Of a stretch of 64,000 nucleotides of DNA, positions 38,830-51,869 are shown one piece after another (the stretch's first letter is position 1; the number at the start of each line of letters is the position of its first letter). Source of the DNA: Octopus sinensis (Eukaryota); contig NC_043007.1 in NCBI RefSeq assembly GCF_006345805.1, forward strand, positions 55,428,001-55,492,000, written 5' to 3'. The translations under genes were made by a program, and so were the position numbers. The notes under the pieces are model-generated. The model ran no database searches. It was not told where the DNA came from and saw only the letters and a program-made list of their open reading frames with translations.

Positions 38830-40720
38830 TGTAACGTGGTTCTTCGTCGCTCGGGTTCACTTTGACTGGTCGCATCATATCTTTACACAGATTATTTTCG
38901 TTGCCAACTTCACATTGACTTTCCTTTTACTGTTTGTTTACGCTGTCATCTTCACATTCCTCATTCTTTACGTCGCCAATTGAAACCGCGCGTTTTTTAC
39001 GTCATCAACTTCCCACCCCGAGTTCCTTTACTTGTTCAAATCGTCCACCTCGTAAGCAAAGACGCATAAAACAAAGAAAAGCGTGCAGCATACTTCAAGT
39101 TAGTCACGTGATCAACAGCGTTATTTCTCCTTTGTAACACTACCTCCTCGCTAGACCTTTGCCGACCCGAAAAAAGTATACATTTATAACTTCAGTCCTT
39201 AAAGTGTCTGTCTTGCTCTTGCGCTCCTTTTTCTTGGCCTTCACCAGTACCATCGTCAACAGATATATCCAGCTTCCAAGGGGAGTCTCAGCTGAACTGA
39301 CCAGGTCCATAGTCCTTTCACAGACGGTTCACATTTACAATCTTAGGACGAGCCCTCTTGGCTCCTCGGATCCGGTATGTCACGTCGGACACTCGATTCA
39401 ACACAGTATAAGATCCTTCCAGTGGACTCTGCAGCTTCGACGACTGCCCTTCTTCCGCTGGGGATTATTAAGTCACACTTCATTTCACTCTTTAAAGTTA
39501 ATCTTGCTCGCCCTGGAATCATACCGATGTTTCATCATTCCACTCGAAAACTTTAGAGCTTCCATAACATGCTGGTGTACCTCTGTCTGTCTCCCTTGCG
39601 GGTATTTCATTTAGCTGGAGGTTTCGCCAGGCAGTCCTTCAACTGGTGGCCTTCCCACCAACAGGTCAACCAGGAGTCTCATCTCATGGCCCAGCATCAG
39701 CATTGCATATGTATAGCCAGAATACTCATGCGTTGCCGAACGATATGCCATAAACAAAGTGGGTAACTTGAGATCCCATTCCAACTGTCCTTCTACACAA
39801 TACTTGGCTAGTTCTTGCCCTAGTGTCCAAATAAACTTTTCCATCATCCCGTCCGACTGTGATCTCAATGGGATTGTCTTGGTCTTCTTAATTCCCAACA
39901 GCTTACAACACTCCTGAAACACTGCTGATTCAAAGTTCCTACAGTGGTCGGAATATAGCTCCTGATGCATCCCAAACCAGCAGAAGGACTGGTCAACCAA
40001 CACTTGTGCAACAGTAGTAGCTTCTTGATCAGGGATGACATAGGCTTCTGGCCACTTTGTAAAGTAGTCCATGGCCATACGTATGTACAACTTCCTCTTT
40101 CATCGAGTGGCAAAGGTCCAGCAATATCCACAGCTAATCTTTCCATAGGTGCACCAACTTGGTACAGCTGAAGAGGGGGTACACTTTCGCTTCTTGGGTC
40201 CCCTCCTGGCGCAGCATACATCAGAGGAACGACACCATTCTTCAATATCTTTACGCATGCCCATCTAGTAAAATCTCTGCCGCAGCCGATTTAGAGTTTT
40301 CTTTACCCCCAAATTTCCACTCATAAATAGATCATGAGTTTCTTCTAATAACTCAGGTCTCATCTTCTTAGATATCACTAGTTGCCAATACTTGTTAAGG
40401 CCATCTCTGGAGTAGTCAGTTGTTCAGGCGAAGTGAGTTCCACTGGCTTCAATAGCTGTTAGTCTCAAGGGCGGTCCTGGAGATTTCTTCCCAAGATAGC
40501 CTCACTGTTGCGGCCACTCAAGTCTGCATTTTCCATCTGTCTCTTCTTCATTTCTTCTCCAGTCAACACATGCGCAGTCACTGCAGTACAGGTGCACTTC
40601 TTGCTACGATCTTCCTTTCCACTACAATGCTTGCAATCCTGGTCACAAGGCCGATGATTCAGACTGTCAGCGTTGCTATGTACCTGTCCTCGACGGTGCA
40701 GCACCTCATAGTTGTGCCAA
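38830..40720 (-). mobile_element. Ty3/Gypsy remnant: RNase H end, integrase, PPT and putative 3' LTR (38830-39139)
   Basis: HRRGQVHSNADSL, GAPMERLAVDIAGPLP, MDYFTKWPEAYVIPDQEATTVA..YSD..RNFES..QSDGMMEK. Purine tract gcgaggaggtag lies directly before TGTTACA; the LTR ends GTTACA. Confidence 0.88.
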
Positions 40721-41407
40721 TTGTCCCTCCCTGTCAGGGCTATAAAACGGACCACTGCTGGTGGTGAGGTGAGAACGTTACGGATGACAGTGATACCACC
40801 GAGATCAGAGCTACTGCTCCAGTGTAGTGTGAGTGACTCATTTGATGGTTGTCTGGGTATGGTGGAGTCTGACAGACGGTACAAGATGAAGGCTGGAGGG
40901 ATGGTCAGACGAGTCCTAGTGGAAACAGGTACTGATAGTTGTGGCGGCTAATTTCTTACGGGTGGCACAGAAAATTCGCAAAGGACAAATTGTGGGACTG
41001 TGCCCGGCAGTGGACCAGGAGCAGTGTCGCCTGCGTACCTGCAGAAGGAGTGTAGTCGGAGGAAGTCGGAGTAAGTGGATGACATTCAGATGTTGCGGTT
41101 GAAACAGCTACTAGTGAGGTATGCTGATGTGTTCTCTACTGGAGACCTAGACCTTGGTTGCACGGATCTAGTGAAGCGCCATATTGACACCTGGGATCAT
41201 CGCCCACTCAAGCAACCGACTTGGAGGATAGAACCAGCTCAGGGACAAGAAATAGAAAAGGTGATGGAAGACTATCAACATCAGCGGGTAATCAGCGGGA
41301 AAATCGTGCAGTCCCTTGGCATTAGTATTTGTTTTGGCGCAGAAGAAAGACGGCTCAGTGAGGTGTTTTTCTATTACCCGCTGATGTTGATAGTATTCCA
41401 TCACCTT
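40721..41407 (+). mobile_element. Gypsy pol fragment (protease-RT linker and RT start) inverted relative to the adjacent integrase
   Basis: TVIPPRSELLLQC, LKQLLVRYADVFSTGDLDLGCTDLVKRHIDT..PLKQ, SPWA..VLAQKKDGSVRC. Confidence 0.85.
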
Positions 41408-42100
41408 ACATTATATCATAAACAGGGAAAGAACAATAATGTAGCTCTTGGTGGAGGCTAATTATACTTATTCAATTAAAGATATGTACATAATTTTTCA
41501 TTTATAACGCATCTTTTCTGCTTGATGGTGGAGACAAGAGAAAGTGAAATACGTGTCAAAATAGGAAAGCTTATGATGTATCTTAAATAAACGTATGTTC
41601 GCAAACAGATAAAAGTAGATGTCAGTTTCTTAGTCTTTGTCATTTACTTTTTAACATACTTCAACTACAAACGTCAAGGGAAGTTCTACCGTTTTTTCTT
41701 CTAGTATTTATTACAAATGTCTCTGCTCTTAGAAACAGCAGACTTGGAACGATTTTGAAATAAACTCACCTATTAAATCTGCACCTCTTCTTTCTATCAA
41801 TTTTAATGAGTTTTAATGCCTACCAGGCGCAAAATTAAATTATTTTGCCACTGCATTTTGTAGAATTTTCTGGATCCTTCTCTCTCTCGATGTCCACACC
41901 TTATTCGCGACTATTAAATCGGCAAAATTCATTAAACGTGAATTCCGTAATAGTTAGATAATATATCTTCTACCGAAATGAAGAAAAAAAACTTTAAACT
42001 AATAAAAATAATTAGCATCTTCAGGAAAGGGAAATAAAATTTGAACTTGCCCCTACCAGATGTTATAAATATATTTTCCATTGAGCGCTCTACACACACA

Positions 42101-42156
<56 letters not shown>

Positions 42157-43179
42157 TAAACACACATACACACAGAGTTTAGTAGAGTGCCATCTTACTC
42201 AACTTTTACAGATCAAGAAGAGATGTACCAGAGCTAAAAATAAAATCTGTGCTCATCATATTGCCAAAATATATACAGACATTGACAAATTGCAGAAGTA
42301 TCTAATTTGAATATATATTAAACTACACTAACTAAACTACCGTACTAAAAATGTGTTCAACTACCGTATTTTTATCTTTCGGAAGTTTGCTTTTATTTCA
42401 ACTGTACCATCAAAAATTACTAGAGAAAAGACAAGGCAACAAATTCGAGATAGATGTCAGGGTGTAAAAAGGGCTGCGTTATTGCTTTACAATGCAGCCA
42501 CGTATTTCCGAATTGTTGGAATTTCTGATCTTAAGTTTTCAGTTATTCGATCAATGGAGTTCACATGTAATTGACTGCGTATTCCACAGCCACATTATTT
42601 TCAGCGTTACATTACAGGCATAGTTTATCCAATAGCTTTCCGAAGAGTTTCCGTATATCCAATTTCTTCATAAAGGCTGCAGAACAGGGAAGTTGCCTGA
42701 AATGACCTCGCCATTGCGAAGCTCAGTTCTTGACTTTTCGGCTATATTCACCATAGCACACACGCACACATTTATGTATGTGTCTGTGTGTTTGTGCGTG
42801 AGTGTGTGATATTTTTGTATTTGCGCTCGTGTTTGTATTTATGCATCCTTTGCCGATTTATATATATGATTTATAAATATTGCCTAGAAAACCTTAGAAA
42901 CAAGGAAGTCCCTTGTTTTTCCCCGTGTGAAGCCCACCATTGTCTCTCTCACCCTCAAAAATGGATTAAATCATGGATTAGCTTGTTGAATACCTCTGAT
43001 GAACGGCGCTTTAGAAACCAAATAAACATCAAATATATAAATAGATGAATAAAATGAATGAAATATATTATGCTAGCTTGATAATATTACCTGTTAAATA
43101 AATATGCTTTCTGTATTCATTCTACAATACTAATATCTGATCAAGTAGGCTGTACAGTTTGTACAATAACAGTTAAATC

Positions 43180-43400
43180 AATACTTTCTGATTTAGGTAC
43201 AAGGCCAGTAATTTTAAATGGAAGAGATTAGTCGATACTATCGACCTTAGTACTTGACTGGTATTTTATTTCATCGATTTAGAAAGGATGAAAGATAAAT
43301 TTGACGTAGTTGTGTTTCGAACTTAGAATCTAAATAGCTGGGACAAATACTGCAAAGCATTTTTATCCAACGCTCTGAACATTTTTCCTGTTCGTTGTCT
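43180..43400 (-). mobile_element. tRNA-derived SINE family B, diverged
   Basis: ggtacaaggccag...ctggtattttatt...aaaggatgaaag...gaacttagaa, homologous to 46918-47300. Confidence 0.7.
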
Positions 43401-45479
43401 TAAATCAGTTGATACAATGACTCTCGTCCAATACAACTCAGACCAGGGCTTTTTAAGAGCTTCTGCAAAGAAAATTGCGCTGTTAGCTATTGGATTCTAA
43501 TGCACGAAGTGTGAGTGGAACGATCAATCTTTATTCAACCATTGCTGCTCTCCACTGTCCATGTGAAGGCTTCTATAGTTATATGTTGGAATTTAGTTAA
43601 CAGTGTCTTATGAAAAACCTCCTGATCGTATTATTGAATCACAATTTCACTGTACTATTGATTTTTTCTGCGTAAAAGATGATGTGTTACGGAATAAAAG
43701 AAATCAAACATGAATGTGAGACAGTCGCCATGATTACATAAAACAAGAATAGGAATATGACCTTGATATTGAATACAAGGAAACATTAATTCTTAATTAA
43801 TTATTTAAAAAAATTAATTCAAATATTAATATTTTATGGTAACAAAACGTTCGGGTAAATTTGAATGAATTAGTCATAAAGATTCATTTATGGAAATTAA
43901 TATAAAGAACTCACACTTTGTTAATATATTTTGGAGTCAGCTGGAAAATTCTATTTTCGAAATTACTGTTAACGCTATTTGTTTTAGTATAAGTATTTTC
44001 ACATTGTTTTCCTCCATATTTGAAAACGGCACTCACATATGAGTTCAGACTCATATTTAAGTGTCGGACTAGGCAAGAAAAATTGAGTTATTTGAGTAAA
44101 TAAGAAAATACAGTGCGAATACAAATACATAGAAGCATACAGATATACGCATATAGGTGTGTGTATGTGTGTGTTTGTGAGGTGTGTGAGTGTGCTAGGT
44201 TCCGTTTATTTCAAAGGCCCACTCAATTGTTGCTTAAGTTATGGTGGCATTGTATTAAAGATACGTTCGGTAGAAGAGAGCTACTGCAGCAGAAAATAAA
44301 GAAAAAACAATGTTTTCTACTTCTGTAACTTTTATTTAATCAGTTGCTTGAGGCTCAAGGGAATTCACAATTCATCGTATATAACACCGTATATAATACT
44401 TGTTTATGGAAACGGTTAAAGAGTAAAATAAATAAATAAATGACAGTGAAATATGCCATATGATCAGACTAAGAAATAGATTAAGGTATAATTCCAAAGC
44501 ATTGTCATTTTCAAATGAAATGCAACAGTTTGATACTTGACAGAAAGCTCACATTTCACATTGCTTAGCCATATAACATTTTTTCAACAAATTTCTTTAG
44601 TCAGTCCGTTCCTTGAAATATTTACCAAGTCTTTGCTAGCAATTAATATTTACGTACCAGTTGCCAGGAATGTGTTTAATATGTAAATTTGTCTATTAAA
44701 TAGTGTTACACCGCTAAGCAGAGAAGAAAGAGTGAGGTACTTGTTTGAAATGTCACCTGAGGAGACGCAATCCGCACCGGCGATGCCAGACAATTGATTG
44801 CACAGCATCTCACTTGTGAGGTACAGATGCGGAATGACACCAAACAACTGTAGTGGATTTGAATAAAGAACCTCGTGAATTCCGTCTTCTGCCTCTGTTC
44901 TATTTTCCATTTATATCTATGTATAGTTCTTTGAAACTAGATATTCATTTAATCACGAATCAAGATTTCGGCTCATATTGCGAGGTAAATATCCAGTTTG
45001 AACTAGAGCATGTATTGAGTACCCTCATTCTCATACATTCGACAAAGATCAACTTTTGTATCTACACACAAATATATATGAAATATATGTACATTTGTTA
45101 TATAGGTATTCACACCCCAACAATCACTCCCACGCACTCCACGCACCCCGCGCATCTCCACCCACCCCACACGTATATATATATTATATATATATATATA
45201 TATATTCACTGTTTTTAATTATTTAAATCCTTCATCTGTGGAATAAGCTCGTTTCTAACAGTAATACAAAGTTCAATCGTTGGAATGTAGATAGAAACAA
45301 TGTCACATGTTAAGCTTGAGAAAAGTGTGTTTCACTACAGAGTGTATTTGTAATGTGCGAGTTAGCTGGATGATTTCTTTTTCTGGAATTCACTTTGATT
45401 CTGGAAATCAAGTGCATCAATTATTATTAATATATATGTGAATTAACAATCTGGATATAGAAGCTGAAGGTTTCGAAGC

Positions 45480-46745
45480 AGATGTCCATAGTTAACCATT
45501 TTGATTCTCAAAGAGATATTCACATCACCATGACAGTTGACATTTATTATGGTACATATTTTTTCTTGTCTATCACAAACCCCGCCTGTTACATTTACGC
45601 TTGACATGTTTTAATGGGAATGTTCTACCAGTATTCCTTGTGTCAATGCTTGTGTATGTATTCAATAACGGGAGGATTCTCTATATTTATTCCAAGATGG
45701 TCTTTATTTCGAAAGGCATTGTATATTTTTGTGCAACAACGTCATGTTGCATATGAAGTGGGACATTGGTAACATTTTTCGGCAGCTGCTAACCAAATGT
45801 GTGATGTCTTCCACAGACATATGGCATAATCTACATTTTTGGTTGTATCCTGGAGCTCCAAGGCCTTCACTGTCTCTTTTGTTGATTGGATATTTAGTAG
45901 CAATCTCCCGTCCTTGGATTGCAAATGCGTAACTTACGAAGTGTGATGTGAGGTAGTGGTTAAGAGATCAAGAGAGGCTACGCTTCATGTCGATATTACT
46001 GTCTCCTTCAAGTCTTTGAGAAACACCCATGCATAGTATTTTTTGGGGATACTGAGCGTTTCACAATTAATCAGGTCTTCTTTGAAGAATGTTAGTCCGG
46101 CTGTTTGGAGGTTGTATGGGAATCCATCAGGAAGAGAGCGGTTCCCGAGAAGTTCGTTGCCGATATGTAGGATATTGTTCTCTTCATTTTTCAGCACTAA
46201 TCTATTTATATTTGCAGCTGTTGTTTAGGAAGTGCTATCTGAAAGAGTCTATACGAGATTCGAAGGCTGCCTGCACTAACTTCAAGCCTCTAACTACTTT
46301 GTCTCTTTTTAGGTAGAACCTGACAATATCCCCATATCTGTGGCGATTTAAAGTTTATCTTGTGGGTCTCAACGTCTCTGGAGTGGAATCCTTTGAAGAG
46401 CAATCAAGTATTCCAACTGTTAGAATCAGCACTGGTACTGCAAATGCATTGTGGGATATTGTCTTGTTGTAAAAGGAGAGTTCCAAGTACCACAGTTTTC
46501 TAAATCTAGTGTGATGTGTTTGGGTCACTCTGTCTTTATTCATAGTACCTTCGTATGATATATTTTCATCAATGCCTAGGTACAGCATTCTTTGTGTGTG
46601 GTAGGAGAGATAGTGATACCCTTGATGCACAAGTTTTGGGTCTGCGGGGACTGCTTTTCATCGTTTCTACAATCAAATATGCATGTTTCTTTAGGCCAAA
46701 ATGTTATATATTCCAGCTGTTTTTTTCGCTTTGTTAACATTGGAG
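45480..46745 (-). mobile_element. Second 5'-truncated R4/Dong-like LINE, decayed
   Basis: YLGIDENISYEGTMNKDRVT...NKTISHNAFAVPVL...GILD, FAIQGREIATKY, SVEDITHLVSSC, HDVVAQ. Homologous to 18910-20415. Confidence 0.85.
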
Positions 46746-46917
46746 ACAATCGTATGTATGTATGTATGCATGTATGTATGCATGTATGTATGTATGTATG
46801 TATGTATGTATGTATGTATGTATGTATGTATGTATGTATGTATGTATGTATGTATGTACGTACGTAGGTACTACGTATTCAAACTGGCTACATGTATTGA
46901 ATTAATGAGTTAGATGA

Positions 46918-47300
46918 ATATTGGTTTCAAATTTTGGTACAAGGCCAGCAATTTCATGGAGGTGCTCAGCTGGTACTTATTTTATTGACACCAAAAGGAT
47001 AAAAGACAAATTCTACCTCGGCGGCATTTGAACTTAGAACGTAAAATCAAGAAATGCTTCTAAGCATTTTTTTTCTTACTCTGCCAGCTCACTGCCTTAG
47101 TCAGATGAATATTCTGTTCTACTCTAGACACAAGGGCCGAAATTTTGGGGAAGAGGGCCAGTCGATTAGATTGACCCCAGTACACAACTGGTACTTAATT
47201 TATAGACCCCAAAAGGATGAAAGGCAAAGTCGACCTCGGCGGAATTTGAACTCAGAACGTAAAAACAGACGAAATACCGCTAAGCATTTAGCCCAGCGTG
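46918..47300 (-). mobile_element. Two adjacent SINE family B copies
   Basis: Minus strand gttctgagttcaaattccgccgaggtcgactttgcctttcatcctttt, with a B-box-like gagttcaaatt, present twice. Confidence 0.8.
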
Positions 47301-47379
47301 TAATTATTGGGTAACGGTTAATGGGAAAGTGTTATTGAAGTAGGGAACCCAATGTCAGTCTATTGTTTTGTTTCAAGAT

Positions 47380-47682
47380 TGTTGTTGTTGTTTGTTCCTT
47401 CTCGAGCCACGTCTGGCTCATAGGACCGGTTTCCTTGGCGTATAGGTTCTCCACCTGGACGGGACATCGGTCCGTCGCAGGTGAGCTACAAGATGCAGGA
47501 GGAATGAGTGAGAGAAAGTTGTGGCGAAAGAGTCAGTAGAAGTTCGCCATTACCTTCTGCCGGAGCCGCGTGGAGTTTAGGTGTTTAGCTCATAAACACA
47601 CACATCGCCAGGTCTGAGATTCGAACCCGCGATCCCTCGACCGCGAGTCCGCTGCTCTAACCTCTAGGCCATGTGCCTCCAC
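47380..47682 (-). mobile_element. Young full-length tRNA-Arg-derived SINE (family C) with (ACA)n tail and 12-bp TSD
   Basis: Head gtggaggcacatggcctagaggttagagcagcggacTCGcggtcgagggatcgcgggttcgaatc (A and B boxes, TCG anticodon position). TSD ttgtttcaagat (47368-47379) / ttgttccaagat (47684-47695). Confidence 0.88.
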
Positions 47683-49659
47683 GTTGTTCCAAGATAGGAT
47701 ATGTAATTCTACGCAGACCAGTTCGGTAAACGAAGTACGAAATTTTCTGATTAAAAGAATATGGTTGATCCAATGGTTAGTGGCTGCCTCTTTCCAAGAC
47801 AGCCGAAGCCATTGACTTATAGCTCTTGCCGACGATAAAGATGAATGTTTTATTTCTATGCATTATATATACTAACAAGTAAATGCTTTGTATCTGGCAA
47901 TAAACTGATAAAATTTACAGACCGTGAAGACAATGCCAAGAAGTTTAGAATTAAAAGAAAAAGAATGTTTGAGTTCTAGTAGTTATTTAAAGATTCAGTT
48001 TTGTGTGTAAAAGAATTACCATGGATTCCTCTGGAGCATTTCAAATTACATATCTGGAGAAATGATGGAATCGTCAATCAGCTTAAACAAATGGCCAAGT
48101 AATCACTGTAACAATCTTCTGATTATATACTTATGAGAAAGCGAGTAAGAGAAAAATAGTAAAAGAGAAAATGAGAAAAAGAAAAAGTAGGAAAGAAAGA
48201 GAAAGACTGTAAATTTTGCCGCATTGCAACATTATATAGCCGTGCCGTGCAAGAACACATATAGTTACATGCATTGCTTGATTTCGTCCTCATTACACCA
48301 CAGAAAACGTCACTGGGTTATTGAATTTCTAGCAATCTTGTCGATTTTAGAATCTCTTGATAAAATGGAATTGGTTCTGGTCCACTACTCGTGAAGTAAT
48401 GGAGTTTTTGAAATCCCAAATGTAAGATAACAAATTACTTGACAGATTTTTTTTCCTTTTCAACTCCCACACTTCTTCCAGTTGCATAAAGATATCACTT
48501 TATCAACCATTCACAGCTAGGAGAGATCATAAGTTCAGTGTTATGGTCAGTGACTAATGGATACTATATGTTAAATATAAGTTTACGAACAGTCATATAT
48601 TGACACGACTAGCTACGATTCTCTCCCTTTGCCTCTCTCTTTCTATGTTCACTTTGTCTCCCAGTCTGTCTATCAGCCTGTCTGTCTGTCTATCTGCCTG
48701 ACTGTCTGCCTATCTGTCTATCTCTCTGCCTGTCTACTATCTCCCTATCTACCTACTATGTATGTATGTATGTATGTATGTATGTATGTATGTATGTATG
48801 TATGTATCTATCTATCTATCTTTCTATCTATTTATCCATCTCTCTCTCATTGTCGCTCTCCCTCTCTTCCTGTCATTAAATTTACTCTGCACACACCAGA
48901 TAAATCTCCTCCTGGAAAACTCCTTTCCGTTTCGCTCGGCTCATTAGCCCATACAAATATAGCCCAAATACAAACGCACCTTTGTTCGCTTTAAACAAGC
49001 CCATCACACACCTGACAATGCTTATTTCCTTACTCTCAATCAATACACAGTGGATCTTTCCTCCTCAAACTTTTCAATCATTCAGACTCTACAGGGATGT
49101 ATTCCTATCTTTGGAAACACTCTATAGAGTGTCCCATTAGTAACTCTATTGACCTTCCAAGTTTCTTCTTATCGTTTCCATTTCAAAGATTTCTATTAAC
49201 AGCTTTCTTCAATACTTTGAATCTCTCTCTCTCTCTCTCTTACGCGCTCTGTCTTCTCTTTCTTCATTGACCTTTAGTGTGGCTTCAGTCAAGCCACGTA
49301 CCTACTCTCCTATATTACTCAGTAGTGGGTAATTTGGTGGAGCAATTTGGTGTGCACGGGTCCCATATATTCTACATCACTTGACCCCCACTTTAACTGA
49401 GACCGGCATTCGATGTGCCCCAAGATTCGATTTTGCTCTCTACCACTCGTTTTCTTATACAACAGCGACCTGTTTATTGTTGCCTCCAACAATGTTTATT
49501 CTTACACAGATCTTACTAACCGTATCTTTTTACCTTAACCTTTCACCTCAAAGTATCATTCACATCTAACACAGAGTGCCGACACCAATTTTGCCGTTAT
49601 TATGACTAAAGACAACTCTCACCAAAATGCCATGCCTTGGGCTGATGTTAGAAACAATT

Positions 49660-49860
49660 AAAGATGTACTAAATTGGCAAGAAGCATCGGAAAGAGTTCC
49701 TTGCAGCGTTCTTTCAGGTCTTTATGTTCTCAGTTCAAATTCTATCCAGGCCAACTTTGTCTTTATTCCCCCGGGTTCGATAAATATAACAGTCAAGTAC
49801 CGGGGTCGACTTAATCGCTAACACTTTCTCGACAAATATCAAACATTGTGTTTGTGCCTG
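49660..49860 (+). mobile_element. Diverged SINE family B copy followed by (CAT)n(CAC)n
   Basis: gttctcagttcaaattct...ggttcgataaa...gtaccggggtcgacttaatcg. Confidence 0.6.
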
Positions 49861-51452
49861 TCATCATCATCATCACCACCACCACCACCACCATAACCAC
49901 CACCACCACCACCACCACCACCACCACCACCACCACCACCACCACCACAACCACCGCCGCCGCCGCCGGTAGCAAAAAAAAGAAAGAAAAAAAAAAGCTT
50001 GCGTAGAAAATGTTTAGTTCATATCTCTCGTAGTAAAAGTGGCCACAGTATTAAAAACAAAACCCCACCTCAAATTTGGAGTGAAAACAAACGTATATTA
50101 AAGACAGAAAGAAAATATTTTAAATACCTGTGGAATATATTTCAGAAAGAGAAACAAATAGTACGTTTATGAATTTATTTTGCAAGATACCTGATATGAA
50201 ATCCTGTTTTGAAGAAGATATTGTATTTCGGGACTCGTTTATTATTGTTCTTATTTTATAATAAGATAAAATAAGAACAAAGATAAACAATTGACGAACG
50301 AATATATAGGGCGTGTGCTTATATGGAAAGAAGAAAAAAATGACCGTCCCGAAATATAACAATAAGCAAATAATACTTTTTCGATAGAAGCTAACATCGT
50401 TTGGGGGAAATACGACATAGATGACGATAACAACAGCAGCTTCGATAACACATACATATCCCTTTTACCAATCAAAGAGATGAATGGAGAGTTCGAATTG
50501 AAAAGAAGGAAAGCGCTTCTAGCTTTCCTTGATTTGCTGCAGTTACCTGAATTATCTGGGGAAGAAAAAGTGTTCTGGTTGAACTGTGTGACAATGGATG
50601 GCTATCAATTTTCAGTCTCTTAACAAAAAAAACGAGAAAAAGAAGAAAATAACCGTACATATCGTAAGAGGTGAGACGCAGTGCGAATGAACTCGAAACC
50701 ATGCGGTTAGGAACGAAGTTTCTTACCACACAGCCTTTTCTTTTATCCTCATTTGTCTTATTCTTCCTTACCATTTTTCTTCTAATTTGTAGTATTCCCC
50801 TGTGAAGTGAAATCAAATGAAATTAAATTTGGGAATTAGCAGTTAAGAAATATGGAAACAATTAGTGCGAAGTCTGTGCATGTGTATGCGTGTATGTGTG
50901 TGCGCATGCATGTGCACATGTGCGTGTGTGTGTGTGTGTACATGTGAGTGTATCTTTGTATATGTGTATGTGTGCATGTATTATTGTGTGTGTGTGTACG
51001 TGTATGTGTACATGTGTGTATGTGTATGCACGTGTGTGCGTACGTGAGAGTTGGTTTCTACATAGGTAAAACAGAGAGAGAGAGAGAGGGAGAGAGGGGG
51101 GGAGAGAAAGATAAGAATTTATAAGGATAAAGAATTAGAATGTCATAGGAATAGATGAAACATAAATAGAAAACTGCTGAAGAATGACTGAAAGCAAAAC
51201 AGAAATGTAAAAACAGAAAAACAGTGAAAATGGAACTTCAGGAGATAAAATGCGATTCAGCGAAGGGAAGGGGAGAGAGGGAGTAAAGAAGGAGAAATAG
51301 TCGTAGGAGGGTGAGAGGAGAAGAGAGAGATGGAGAGAGAAAGGAAGAGGAAAGAAAATGTTGAGGGGAGAGGGGAGAGAGAGGTGGAGAAAGGAAAGGT
51401 AGCAAGGGAAAGAGTAATGGAAGCACGTGCGAGAGAGAGAGAGAGAGAGAGG

Positions 51453-51494
<42 letters not shown>

Positions 51495-51869
51495 GCGTTA
51501 GAGAGATACAAAAATACAGATTGATTTAAAAATTCCGTTCGCGTTTTCATACTATCATGTAATGTACCGAGTGTGTATATGTTTTAAAGAAACAAAGAAT
51601 GTTATTTTAGATAGTATAGAATTAAAATCTCCATCACCAAGCTCATTATGTGATCAAATTCTTTTTTCAGCTGCTGAAATCGAATCCCCCAAGAACGACT
51701 TTCATAAATCTCTGCTGTGTTGTTATTCTTGATCATGTTTCAGAAAGCGAATTTCTAACTTTTGCAATTTTGGTCCATATTTGGAGTAAAACTTTCTTTA
51801 CATGGGAAGGTTACTGTAAATTAATGTAGTCATTTTCTCTTCCACCTTCGAAATTTAAACCGAATACAA

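Noticed and set aside
42990-43025. CTGATGA...GAAAC hammerhead-like words
   Set aside because: Stems I, II and III cannot be formed; at best a deleted remnant.
44650-44910. 86-aa minus-strand ORF in unique sequence
   Set aside because: No recognisable domain and no convincing exon structure.
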